This document shows, piece after piece, positions 27,524 to 40,050 of a DNA stretch of 64,000 nucleotides. The stretch's first letter is position 1. Each line of letters starts with the position of its first letter. A program made the position numbers and the translations under genes. Under the pieces are notes generated by a model. The model made no database searches. It was not told the origin of the DNA and saw only the letters and a program-made list of their open reading frames with translations. The DNA is from Octopus vulgaris (Eukaryota): NCBI GenBank assembly GCA_951406725.2, contig OX597819.1:111786001-111850000 (forward strand), in the 5' to 3' direction.

Positions 27524-27944
27524 TTGCTGCCGGTAAAATATTAAATGTGTTTGATATGGTTGGCATAATACATTGTAAAACAACTGATTCAACATCTAGG
27601 GTAATTGTTTGGTAAAGAATATTTGGTAAAACTGATAGAACATCGGGTGAAGTATCTGATATAATTGGGAAAATATTCGATAAATTGTCTGGTAAAACAG
27701 GTAGTGGTAGAATAACTAGCACACCATTTACCTGGTTTGCAACCGAGTCCTTTCGGGTTCAGTCTTATTGCGTTGCATCTTGGGAAAGTGTCTTCTGTTA
27801 TAGTCCCAGGCCGAGCAATGCATCGTGAGTTAAATTTTATTGATAGGGACTTTGTGGCAGTAGCACTGCGGTCACTTCGACACCTGACGTGTTATACATC
27901 ATGCATCTATTTAGGCAACGGGGATTTGACGGATTGAGCTAATG

Positions 27945-28145
27945 TACAGTTCTAGTGAAGGATTGGATCTGAAGTCTTCGAATTAGCTTTCTCCTTTCTG
28001 GTTTTGAGAAGACTAATTTCTCAGAATTGGTATTTAGACAGTGTAGTACATATCCCAGGGTCCCGATAATTACAGGTATAAACCTGAACGTGTAATCTCG
28101 ACAGAGTAACTGCAGATTTTTCACCATAGGTGTTCCCTTTTTCAT
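27945..28145 (-). pseudogene. RLE-type (R4/Dong/NeSL-like) non-LTR element C-terminal fragment
   Basis: EKGNTYG..LQLLCRDYTFRFIPVIIGTLGYV...RRLQIQS; IPVIIGALG-type motif of restriction-like endonuclease tails. Confidence 0.65.
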
Positions 28146-28296
28146 AAATGTATGCATGTATGTATGCATTTAGATATAAAGAGAATTGGGATAAAATAGA
28201 AAAGAAATCAAAGAAATCTAGTGCTATCATCCGTCAAAATGAAATTAGTAAGATTTAGAAGAAAGCACACTAGAAATATAAGAAATTGTTACTTAC

Positions 28297-28428
28297 TGTT
28301 GGTGTACGTTGTCCAAAGACCTTCCGTAACACCCAGGAATCCACTTAATACGTATACTAAAACATCATTGAAAGATGTGATCTTCCAGAATCGCATCCAA
28401 AGGAGGAGAAGCAAGTTCAATACGGTAA
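28297..28428 (-). CDS. UNC-93-like MFS protein, exon 4 (TVLNLLLLLWMRFWK...GFLGVTEGLWTTYTN)
   Basis: caacag| acceptor, A|gtaagt donor, 132 nt, phase 1/1. Resembles UNC93A GLWGVADAVWQTQNN. Not in the supplied ORF track. Confidence 0.88.
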
Positions 28429-29714
28429 CTGTTGATCAAAAACAAAGAGCATGATTTAGAAATATTATAATTTATAAATATGTTTTTAATATAATTTTAT
28501 TGTTTCTTGAAAGGGTTATAAGTCAATAATAATACACGAACAGGTTCGATTTTTCTTCTTTATTGCAAGTCAATTGATTAGATGTCCAAAGAACTACTTA
28601 ATCGATTGTTTGTTTGATGTGCTAGTTAAACAATCAAACGGTTGATTGTAGGTCAAAGCTTTTTCATTGCCATTTACAACCATTTCAGTGATTTGGTGAC
28701 TTCCCCTCTCGTTTCAAGGGTTTGAAAGGTCTGTTTTTATATAACAAGGACTGCTTTATATAACAAGGACTGCTTTATATAACAAGGACTGCTTTTTTAT
28801 ACATAACATGCGTATATTAAAGTTTAGGGTCAGTGCTACGTCACGTGGTTTACACGCACAAGAAATGGGGAGGTGAGTTACTTCAGATTGTTGTGTAATT
28901 AAGTAATAATTGAATAAAACATCCAATAATCTTTCAATAAAAACGTCTTTTGAAAAGATGTATATTCAGGCATGCATACATACATACATACATACATACA
29001 TACATACATACATACATACATACATACATACATACATACATACATACATACATACATACATACATACATACACATTATTACCAATGCGAGAGAGTTGTCT
29101 TCCAGGTAACTTCACGTGAAGCATAATGCGGTGGTCAGAACCGCCTGGATCAGGATAACAAAACAGGAAAATTCCTACAGACAAAGTTGACTTTATTGAG
29201 ACTGACAGATCAAAAGAATGTGGTGGAGAACTTAAAAATTAAAATGGTCAGCAAGTTAAAGCGCAATTGGTCAGATCTTTTTGTGTGGGACCACAAAAAA
29301 ATAAAAGATATGTTCTGATATGTTCAGTTGCCATCTGGACGCCAATGTGGGTAGAAAAATACAAGAGAAGGAGGACAACTACGGACCATCAATAAGGGGT
29401 TTACAAATCCAACACCTAAGCCAACTCGCCTGGAGCTAAATATGGCTGAACTTGGGTTCTTGGAAAGAGGACGCAAATCCTTAATTCCTGAACCGGAAGG
29501 TGCGCTGAGTTTTTGAACAAATCTCTTTATTTCACGTTGCACTGCGGTCACTTCGACACCTGACGTGGGGTACATCGTGCATCTATTTAGGCAACGGAGA
29601 TTTGACGGATTGCGCTAATGTACAGCACATGCATTTGATCATATTAAGTAATCATTTGTGTAGGTCATACAGTAAAAACTGATCACTCATATATCGTCTT
29701 CCACAGAAGATTTC

Positions 29715-29748
<34 letters not shown>

Positions 29749-29878
29749 TTCAGCAAAAATTTAGATTCAAATGAATATGGTACTTAATTTAGATGCACCA
29801 GAATTTTGTATGGTGTTATCCATAAAAATCCGTGGGGTGATTATAATCAAAATAAGCAACAAGAATGACTACGGTAAT

Positions 29879-29964
29879 TTGGTACGATCGATTCGTACTA
29901 CATCATTTTATTAAATGTTGTAAGTATTACAACAGATTTAAGATGCTGAGTACTCATCAGCCAA
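29879..29964 (-). ncRNA. Type I hammerhead with GAAA>GAAT lesion, in fold-back element 29745-30085
   Basis: Minus strand TTGG-CTGATGA-GTAC...GTAC-GAAT-CGATCG-TA-CCAA. The inverted arm (30020-30081) retains GAAACGATCGTACCAA. Flank is homologous to 25780-25880. Confidence 0.8.
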
Positions 29965-30845
29965 TCATAGAGGTTTTCCATTAAAACAAAAATTTTCAAA
30001 TTTGATTTGAAAATTTTGTAAATAATGTTGTACGAAACGATCGTACCAAATTACCGGAGTCATTCTTGTTGCTAATTTTGAGTGTATATATATATATATG
30101 TATATATATAATTTAAATAATAAGGGTGAAAAAATTGAATATTAATTTGATTAATATCAATTTAAAACCAGCGACCTAGCATATTGAAAACTTTTGATGA
30201 TTCAGAAAACTTATATTACATACATATAAGAGGGATGACCACTAAGTGGACATCCATTATGCTAGAGGTAGACCCCATATGGGTTTGTGATTAAACTTTA
30301 TAGTTTGTATCTTTTCATTTGTCTTGCTCGCTTACGTTCTAGCGTTTGCTGAATTTTCTTGAGAACAACCTTTTCTTAGTGGTCAGACCATATGTATATT
30401 TGTTTTGTTTTTGTTTTGTTTTTCCAGTTTCAGCTCTTGAGCTGTGGCCATGCTGGGGCACCGCCATTGTGGTGAAAGAGTACAGCAGGGATCACCACCC
30501 CCTGCCGGAGCCTCGTAGAGCTTTTAGGTGTTTTCGCTCAATAAACACACACAACGCCCGGTCTGAGAATCGAAACCGCGATCCTGCGACCGCGAGTCCG
30601 CTGCCCTAACCACTAGGCCATTGCCATTATATATATTGCCTATATATATATATATGAACATTTAATGTGGTTTTAAAGTTAAATTTTGGCTGCTATTTCC
30701 AGCCAGGAGGTATCTCTTAGATACCCTAAATTACAATTTTAATAATAATTATTACCTTTGAAGGCTTTTATTCCCATGTTGGCCACTTGATAAGATCGAT
30801 ATTTAAATTAACGATCTTATTCTTATTTATATAAATCTCTCTCTC

Positions 30846-30909
<64 letters not shown>

Positions 30910-31005
30910 CACACAGATACATACATTCAACACACACACTCACTCACATACACACACAAATACACACACACACACACACATACACATACGCACACACAAA
31001 TACAT

Positions 31006-31036
<31 letters not shown>

Positions 31037-33769
31037 TCAATATCTTACACCAATCTGCAAAAAATTTGCATATTTGAATTTGATGGTGGTTTTCTGGCAC
31101 TAGTTCCAAATATGACATCAGTTTTCGCTCAACGCGTGAACTTCAGTCGCTAAGTAACAAAGATCAGAATTGCGAAATTACTTTACTTTTTTTTTATTTA
31201 ATATTTCTTTCCTTTTGGGAGAAAGGGGGCACTTTACGAAAATTAACGATCGTATCAGCTCTTTGAATCAAATCATCTAAAACTAAATGAAAATCAACGA
31301 GACTTAAAAATGCCATTTAATTTCCTATAAAACCGATATCACCCAGGCATTTAGTTGCTATGCTACAGGGGAAGCATTAGAAAACAAAGATGTAAAACAA
31401 TAAGGAAATAACTGTTTATAATTTTGGCTCGTGACCAGTAATTTTGAGGGAAGGGGCCAAGTCGGTTATATCGACTCAGTATTTGACTGATATTTAATTT
31501 TATTGCCACGAAAGAGTGAAAGGCAAAGTTGACCTTTGACCTTGGTAGCATTTGGGTTCAGGATGTAAAGAGTCGTAGGAAATGCTGCCGAGTGTTTTGT
31601 TCGACACACTAACGATTCGACTAGTTCGCAATAAGGAGTTTACAATAAGGAGTTTACATAGAAGAGAAGGAAGAAGGGGAAGAGGAAGGAGAGGAGGAGG
31701 AAGAGGCAGAAAAGGAAGAAGCAGAAGAGGAGGAGGAAGCAGAAGAGGAAGAGGAGGTGGAAGTGGAAGAGGCAGAAGAGGAAGGAGAAGGAGAGGAAGA
31801 AGTGGAAGAGGAAAAAGAGAAAAAATGAGAAGGAAGAGGAAGGAAGAGGGAGAAGAGGAAGGAAGAGGGAGAAGAGGAAGGAAGATGGAGAAGAGGAAGG
31901 AAGAGGGAGAAGAGGAAGAAGTGGAAGAGGAAGGAAGAGGGAGACGAAGAAGTGGAAGAGGAAGAGTTACAATTATTTCTAATTCAAGCATAAGGGCAGC
32001 CGTTTTGAAGAGAGGAAGGAGGGAAGTCGATTGCACCGACACCAGTGCTCAGCTGGTACTTATTTCATCGACCCCTGAAATGAATGAAAAAACTAAGTTT
32101 CCCTCGGTTGCATTTGAATTGAGAAGACAGAGAACCGGACTAAAATCCTGCTAAATCATTTCCTCCTCTGTGCTGACGACTCTACCAAATCACTGTCTGG
32201 AAATAAGCTAGTAATGAGTACAGATACCAATAAAACCACGAGGCATGCAGTACATTGTCATGCTAGAAAGCATTTTCTAAATTAAGTCCCTAAACAGAGC
32301 AATTTATATAGTATTAGTTGGAAAGCAGATAGAATATCAATTGATGGTTGCTGTTAGCTGAATAACATTGTAAAGCAAGGGAATTCCTTGATATGAAGGC
32401 TTCTATCAATGAGTCGGTAATGCATTTGCTGCGGTTGTGTTTGGCTTACCGGGTATATTGGAAAAGAAGGCAATGAAACCATGAAGGCGTTTGTATAAAA
32501 GATGAGATACTTCAAACACAGTTTGGATGGTATGTGGAAATTTGGAAATGATTTGTGTACTGCATGCTTGGTTAATAATGTGATTAGATTAGATGAGAGA
32601 TAGAGAGAGGAGAGAGAGAGAGAAGGGAAATGGAGATACAGATAGGAAGAAAGACAGACAGACAGACTGAGAAGAGAAATGGAAACAGACAGGATGAGAG
32701 AGGGTGGGAGGGATAGTAAGAGATGACTAGTGCATGAGCGAAGGATGAATAGGTGTGTGAAAAGAGATGTAGAGAGTAAAAAAAAGGATCGAGAGAAGAA
32801 GAAGAAGAAGAAGAAGAAGAAGAAGAAGAAGAAGAAGAAGAAGAAGAAGAAGAAGAAAAGAGACGTAATAGTGAGCAGTGTTATATTGTGGCGGGTGGAA
32901 TGGAATACTTAGTTCCATTAGCAAATTCCATCCGTTTTATATTTATTGATGCTGATCTGTTTAAGGGACAGTTAAAAGATATCATCGAAAGAGAGAGAAA
33001 GGAATCGCTGAAAAGAAAAGACTCCCATGTTGAAAAGTAGCACAGTATGAACATGCATATACGTCTATGTGGTTAAGAAGCGCACTTTTCAACCACGCGG
33101 TCTCCAGTTCAGTCCTACTGCGGGTTCGAATCTCAGACCGGGCGATGTGTGTGTTTATGAGCGGAACACCTAAGCTCTACGCGGCTCCTGCAGAAGGTAA
33201 TGGCGAACTTCTGCTGACTCTTTCGCCACAACTTTCACTCTTTCCTCCTGCAGCTCACCTGCGACGGACCGGCGTCCCGTCCAGGTGGGGAGCCTGTACG
33301 CCAAGGAAACCGGGAAACCGGCCCTTATGAGCCAGGCGTGGCTCGAGAAGGAACAAACAAACAAACAAATCGCTTATAATATGCAGGACATATTTAAACA
33401 TATTTAAACCTGTTGTTGGAGGTGTTGGTCGTAGCGGTCAGATTGTGGTTTCGATTCCTGCATGGGGCAGCGCGTAGGGTTCTTAAGCAAAACGCTTTAT
33501 TTCACGTTACCGCAGACCTCAGTGTTCAACTGACACTTATTTTATCGACTCTGAAATCGACTCTAACAATTCTATGAGTTCGTCACCTTCAAGAAATCTG
33601 CAATTGTGGTTTCAAAATTTGGCACTGGGATCAGCAGGTTTTGAGGGAAAGGAAAGTCGATTGCATCGACCCCAGTGCTTATTTTATGGACCCCGAAAAA
33701 ATGAAAGGCAAAGTCATCTTCGGCGGAATTTGAACTCAGAACGTAACTACAGAGAAATCTGTAATAATC

Positions 33770-34380
33770 CTTTCTACTTTAAGCACAAAGTCTGAAATTT
33801 AGGGGATAGGGCTAATCGATTAGATCGAACCCAATGTTCGACTAGTACTTAATTTATCGACACCAAAAGTATGAAAGGTGAAGTCAACCTCCGCAGACTT
33901 TGAACTCAGAACGTAAAGACAGACGAAATAATGCTAAGCATTTCGCCCGGCGTGCTAACGTTTCTTATTTCTTTACTACCCACAAGGGGCTACACACAAA
34001 GGGGACAAACAAGGACAGACAAATGGATTAAGTCGATTATATCGACCCCAGTGCGTGATTAGTACTTATTTAATCGACCCCGAAAGGATGAAAGGCAAAG
34101 TCGATCTCGGCGGAATTTGAACTCAGAACGTAGCGACAGACGAAATACCTATTTCTTTACTACCCACAAGGGGCTAAACACAGAGGGGGCAAACAAGGAC
34201 AGACAAACGGATTAAGACGATTACATCGACTCCAGTGCGTAACTGGTATTTATTTAGTCGACCCCGAAAGGATGAAAGGTAAAGTCGACCTCGGCGGAAT
34301 TTGAACTCAGAACGTAACGGCAGACGAAATACGGCTAAGAATTTCGCCCGGCGTGCTAACGTTTCTGCCAGCTCGCCGCC
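33770..34380 (-). mobile_element. SINE family B multimer (three body units)
   Basis: Repeated gaatttgaactcagaacg...gacgaaata units; further copies at 36158-36567, 48480-48718 and 63170-63370. Confidence 0.85.
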
Positions 34381-35283
34381 TTACCAGGAACTATGTATTG
34401 TAAATATCCTTTTTGCACTAGGTACAAGGCCCGAAATTTTGGGGGAGGGTTCAGTCGATTAGATCGAGCCCAGTACGCAACTGGTACTTAATTTATCGAC
34501 TCCGAAAGGAACTGTGTATTGTAAATATGATGGTAAGCTGTTGTTGGTGCCTAATAAGATAAAAGAAGAGAGTTGTTATGTTCGACAGACCAAGAAAAGA
34601 AAGCGACTCCCTTAAACAGTGCATTTGCAAAACCAGCCTTGCTTTATTCTTCGTCGATATTTTCAGATTTTGATTTGATGTGAAACAGATGGAATTTGGT
34701 GGCTGGCCGATGCCTTTCTTACCAAAACATAATGGTGCTTACTATTAAGTCTTTCTCTCTTTCTTTCTTTCCCTCTCTCTCTCCATCTCTCTCTCACTTT
34801 TTCTTTTTTATCTCTGTCTCTCCCCTCTCTCTCTCTCTACATTTATTACTCTATCGTTTCCTTCATGCACTTGTCTTCACTTTGTTTCTCCTATCTTCCT
34901 TGTCTCTCTTTGTCTCTTTCACTCACTCCCCTTTTCTTTTCTCTATCTTTTATTCTCCCTTCCCCATTTACCTTCTCTCTCCCTCCCTCTCTTTCTCTCT
35001 CTCTCTCCGTTTATTACACTCTTCTTTACACTTCACACGCCTTGTTTCCCTTTCCTCCACCCGCTCGTCTTCTCTCTCTCTCTCTCTCTCCCTCCCTCTG
35101 TCCTTCTTTCTCCTCTCTCCTCTTTCTCCCTTCCTCGCTCTTTCTCTCTCCATCTCTGCTTCTCTCTCGATAACTTCATTATTCTCTTTATCATCATCAT
35201 CTCTCCTTAAATGCCTCATTCTTTCCCTCGCTCTTCTTTTCTCCCACATATACTCACACTCTCACATCATCTAAACACACATC

Positions 35284-35318
<35 letters not shown>

Positions 35319-35485
35319 TCTTATTCCCCCTTTCTTCTCGCTCATTTATCTTCTATTTCTTACCATTTCTCTTTTTCTCTTCCCTCACGCACATATCCCC
35401 ACAAAACAGACAATATTTAAATAATATATGATAATGATATGCATGAGCGTATGCTTCTGTCTGTCTGTACGTGTCTATATATTTG

Positions 35486-35898
35486 GGATCTTTTCGGTTT
35501 TCTAGCGGTGTCATATGAAATTGCCACCCATAATTATGACCCTAGTATCGATCTATTGCATTTCAATCTGTTTTAGGGCTAGGGTTAGTTAGGGTTAGGG
35601 GTGGGGGGTAGGGTATCTTCTTTTCTTCACAAATGTAAATAAAACCAATCTGTTTCTTAAACGAGGGACATATTCATACGGCACAGAATGTTGTTTACCT
35701 CAATGGACGTCATTGATTGGTTGAAATTGCAAAAATTGAAAACAGAAAAACAACAAATATCTTACAAACTATAGAATTTTCTCAATAAAGCCAAGAGAAA
35801 AAGATGTTTTATAACACATTCTACCAGTATACGAAGTTTAAAATTTTTTAGTTACCTAGAAATTATGTTAAAAACTGCCGTTCAAACCGAAAAGATCC
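35486..35898. mobile_element. Non-autonomous DNA transposon (MITE), Merlin-like
   Basis: 15-bp TIR GGATCTTTTCGGTTT and perfect 8-bp TSD TATATTTG (35478-35485, 35899-35906); GG termini with an 8-bp TSD fit Merlin; internal TTAGGG-like tract. Confidence 0.8.
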
Positions 35899-35922
35899 TA
35901 TATTTGAATGTATACAACATAC

Positions 35923-36058
35923 CTGTGGTGTATACCATTGTCCGATAGCGCATTGGCACCACATAGGTTGACATCAAAGAGGCCGCTGCGGCACACAGGC
36001 CGAAAGACGTCATTAAATATCCAAGTGCGTCGACTCCAAGAAAACAAGACATGAACGC
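35923..36058 (-). CDS. UNC-93-like MFS protein, exon 3 (AFMSCFLGVDALGYLMTSFGLC...)
   Basis: ttgcag| acceptor, G|gtatgt donor, 136 nt, phases 0/1 compatible with neighbours. Resembles the UNC93A segment YVTCALG..VGYVMICF. Confidence 0.88.
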
Positions 36059-36749
36059 CTGCAATAGAGACAGAAGACATACATAACATTACGGTTGATG
36101 ATGAGGTTGTTGTTTAGACAGAGCAATCCAGACATGACCAAACTATATATAATTTTTAACCACCCACAAGGAGCTAAACACAGAAGGGACAAACAAGGAT
36201 AGACAAACGGATTAAGTCGATTATATCGACCCCAGTGCGTAACTGGTACTTACTTTAATCGACCCCGAAAGGATGAACGGCAAAGTCGACCTCGACGGAA
36301 TTTGAACTCAGAACGTAACGACAGACGAAATACTTATTTCTTTACTGCCCACAAGGGGTTACACATACAGGGGACAAACAAGGACAGACAAACGGGTTAC
36401 GTCGATTATATCGACCCCAGTGCGCAAATGGTACTTATATTAATTGACCCCGAAAGGATGAACGGCAAAGTCGACCTCGACGGAATTTGAACTCAGAACG
36501 TAACGACAGACGAAATACCACTAAGCATTTCGCCTGGTGTGCAAACGTTTCTGCCAGCCCGCCGCCTTTGACCAACCTCTATTATTTGCAGTTAATACCC
36601 AGTACTACATAATACATAGTGCTTTTTTTCTCTTTTCTTTTTTGTTTTTGTTTCTTGTTTCTTTTCTGAAGATAGTAAGTTGGTGATGCGGTTTGGATGA
36701 AAATTTGGGTGCTTTGTCTAGCAGGTCGAGTGACCAAATTCACATGTCC

Positions 36750-36798
<49 letters not shown>

Positions 36799-38308
36799 TA
36801 TACACGTGCGCGTGCATACACACACACTTATGAGGTTTTCCCGTCCTCATAAATATATATATGTATGCGTGTGTGTCTGTGGAGGGATGTATGTATATGC
36901 GTACATACACACACACACACACACACATACTCTTTTACTCTTTTCAGTTATTTGCTGCGGCCATGCTGGAGCACCGCCTTTAATCGAACAAATCGACTCC
37001 AGGACTTCTTTCAGTTTCTGTCAACCAAATTTACTCACAAGGCTTTGGTTGGCCCGAGGCTATAGCAGAAGACACTTACATAAGTCATTGTCTCTCTTGT
37101 TCATCGGCTACTTTGTGGCAATCTCCTGTTCCTGGATTGCAAACGCATAGCCTTCAAAGTGATGTAGTGGTCTTATGTCCAAGAGAGACTGCGCTTCGTG
37201 TCAATTCTACTGTCTTCCTCAAGCTTCCGGGCAACATACCCATGCAAGGTCTTTATTTTATATTTTTTGTATGCTAAGTGCTTTGCATCCAGGTCTTCTC
37301 TTGGTTTACGAAACAGATTTGGCTGCTATTTCTAGCAAGATTGACTGACACATTGACACTCTCTCATTGGCTTGTGTAAAGGTTTCCATCACCCGTGACA
37401 ACTGTATCAGATTGAACATGCATCTCTGACATTTTGCTTATACGATATTTCAATGGACAGTATCTAATGAATTAATTATTAATTAGTTAAATGCCATTTT
37501 GTATTACATGTTGATATAATTAGTTTCTTTTGTTGGGAGTGGGGTGTTTTTCCAACAAAGTATTGCCTAGTCACGTGATATAGCGTGTTGTTAAAATTAT
37601 AATGTCAGAAAGTGTCATGAATTAAATATTAATAATATAAAATGATGAATTCATGACGCCTAAATATTTCTTTGTCATTTTAGATCAGGCGAAGGCATAG
37701 CCGTGTCCGTAAGTTAACGTAGGATGTGTGAACTACCCAGGGAGGTTATTGTATATATAAATAAAAATTAGCTAAGAGAGGCAACTGCATAACCAGTAGC
37801 TTGTATTTGAACAACATAGACAAATACAGGTATATCAAATATCATACAACATAAATCTTTGACTTATTAAAATTATATTCACCTTTAGGAGATGTATCAT
37901 AATTACTATATGATAATTAAGACCAACTCGACTTGAGAAGGGGAGATAATCTTAAGATTCAATATTTGTCCAAAACTGACATACCTTTAAAGAAAGGGAC
38001 AGGTTTATTGTCTGGAGAAAAAAGGACAGTCAGGGACATATGTTTCTAACTATGTATGTATGTATGTATGTATGTATGTATGTATGTATGTATGGATGGA
38101 TGGATGGATGGATGGATGGATAGATGGACGGATGAGATAGTGTGTGTGTATGTGTAATATAGGCGCAGGTGTGGCTGTGTGGTAACAAGCTTGTTTTCCA
38201 ACCACATGTCTCGGGGTTCAGTCCCACTGCAGAGTACCTTGGCGAAATGTCTTCTACTATAGCTTCAGGCCAACTAAAAACCTTGTGATGTAATCTGAAA
38301 GAAGCCTG

Positions 38309-38380
<72 letters not shown>

Positions 38381-39097
38381 ATGCATGCATGTATGTATGT
38401 ATGTATGTATGTATGTATGTATGTATGTATGTATCAGCATGAGAATTGATCGCCCTTGACTCAGTAGCCAAAGGACTTAGACTTATACACAAAAAATTGA
38501 GCACATTTATAGCTTAGGTAATATGCATAATTTTAACAAAAATGCGGTAAAAGAAATAACTCAGAGTGGCCAGTGGCATATATTTAAATAACATAGACAA
38601 ATACAGTTATATGAAATAGCATACGACAAAAATTCCCGATTTATTAAAACTATATTAAAACTTAGCGTGTATATCATATTTATCAAATAGCAATTAAGAT
38701 CAGCTCCACTTGAGAAGGGGAGATAACCTCACGATTCAAGAATTCTCCAAAGTTGAGATGCCATTAAGGAAAAGGACAGGTTTGGAATATTAGATAGTCA
38801 GAAATATGTATTATACAGAAAGCCTGATTAGCCCTCATTGTGTCGGTACAGAATGAAAGCCAATTTAGCTGAATTCGCGACACTTTGTTAAAAATCCGTA
38901 GTTTAATTCATAGTTTAATCCCCATATCAGCTCTGACCATTCAGACCTATGGTCAAATACGTTCCGACTGTGGCCATTCCGTTCTTTTCAATCAATTACA
39001 TTATTCAGTGCGTCTTTCGCTTCTTTCCTTTTTATTTGTTTTTTCTTGTTAACGCTAGAGGGTGATTTAAGGGTAATTTCATTGTTATTTCTAATAT

Positions 39098-39265
39098 AGG
39101 CGCTTGCGTGACTGTATGGTTAAGACACTTGCTTCGCAGCCACATGGTTTCAGTCTCACTGCGTGACACCTTCAGCAAGTATCTTCGACTGTAGCACCGA
39201 TCCAACCAATGTTTTGCGAGTGAAGTTGTTAGACGGAAACTGAACCGTGTTTCATGTGTGTGTGA

Positions 39266-39312
<47 letters not shown>

Positions 39313-40050
39313 TGAGTGGGTGTGTGCGTGTGTTTGTGTGTGTGTGTGTGTGTACTTGCGAGTGAATTTGTTAGACGGAAACTGAACCGTGTTTCTTGTA
39401 TGTGTGTGTGTGTTTGTTTGTGAGTGTGTGTGTGTGTGTGTGTGTGTGAGTGAGTGGGTGTGTGCGTGTGTTTGTGTGTACTTGCGAGTGAATTTGTTAG
39501 ACGGAAACTGAACTGTGTTTCTTGTATGTGTGTGTGTATTTGTTTGTGAGTGTGTGTGTGTGTGTGTATACTTGTGAGTGAAATTGTTAGACGGTAACTA
39601 AATCGTGTAGCATGTGTGTATGTGTGAGTGTGCGCACGTGTGTGAGTGTGCGCACGTGTGTGAGCGTGTATGTGTGAGTGTGTATGTGTGTGTGTATATA
39701 TACTTGTGAGTGAAAATGTTTGAGGAAAACTGAACCGTGTTTCATATGTGTGCGTATATATGTGTGTATGCAGGTGTGAGTGTGTGTGTGTGTGCGGGTG
39801 AGTGTGTGTGTATGTGTGCATACTTGTGAGTGAAATTGTTAGACGGAAACTGAACCATGTTTCATATGTGTGTGTATGTATGTACACACACACACACACA
39901 CACATATATATGCTCCATTCACCACTTGACAACTGGTGTGGGTTTGTTTATGTCCCCGTCAATTAGCGGTTCAACCAAAGATTCCGATGGAATAAGTACG
40001 AAACGTTTTGTTTTTTAAAGATAAGTCTTGGGTCGACATGTCCGATTAAA
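39098..40050 (+). mobile_element. Old SINE family A copy with six-fold internal amplification
   Basis: Unit ttgcgagtgaatttgttagacggaaactgaaccgtgtttc+(TG)n at about 39215, 39354, 39480, 39570, 39702 and 39822. Confidence 0.8.

Noticed and set aside
27090-27720. Lys/Thr/Gly-rich apparent coding sequence in the last intron
   Set aside because: Degenerate ggtaaaa-based short repeat interrupted by a SINE, with stops and no splice support.
28736-28792. Three copies of a 19-bp unit (tttatataacaaggactgc)
   Set aside because: Simple local slippage duplication with no further structure.
31500-32154. Arg/Gly/Glu-rich and Leu/Pro-rich ORFs
   Set aside because: Purine-rich low-complexity tract running into SINE fragments.
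39170-39900. Repeat-spacer pattern resembling a CRISPR array
   Set aside because: Spacers are (TG)n microsatellite, the repeat is SINE-derived, the context is eukaryotic and there are no cas genes.
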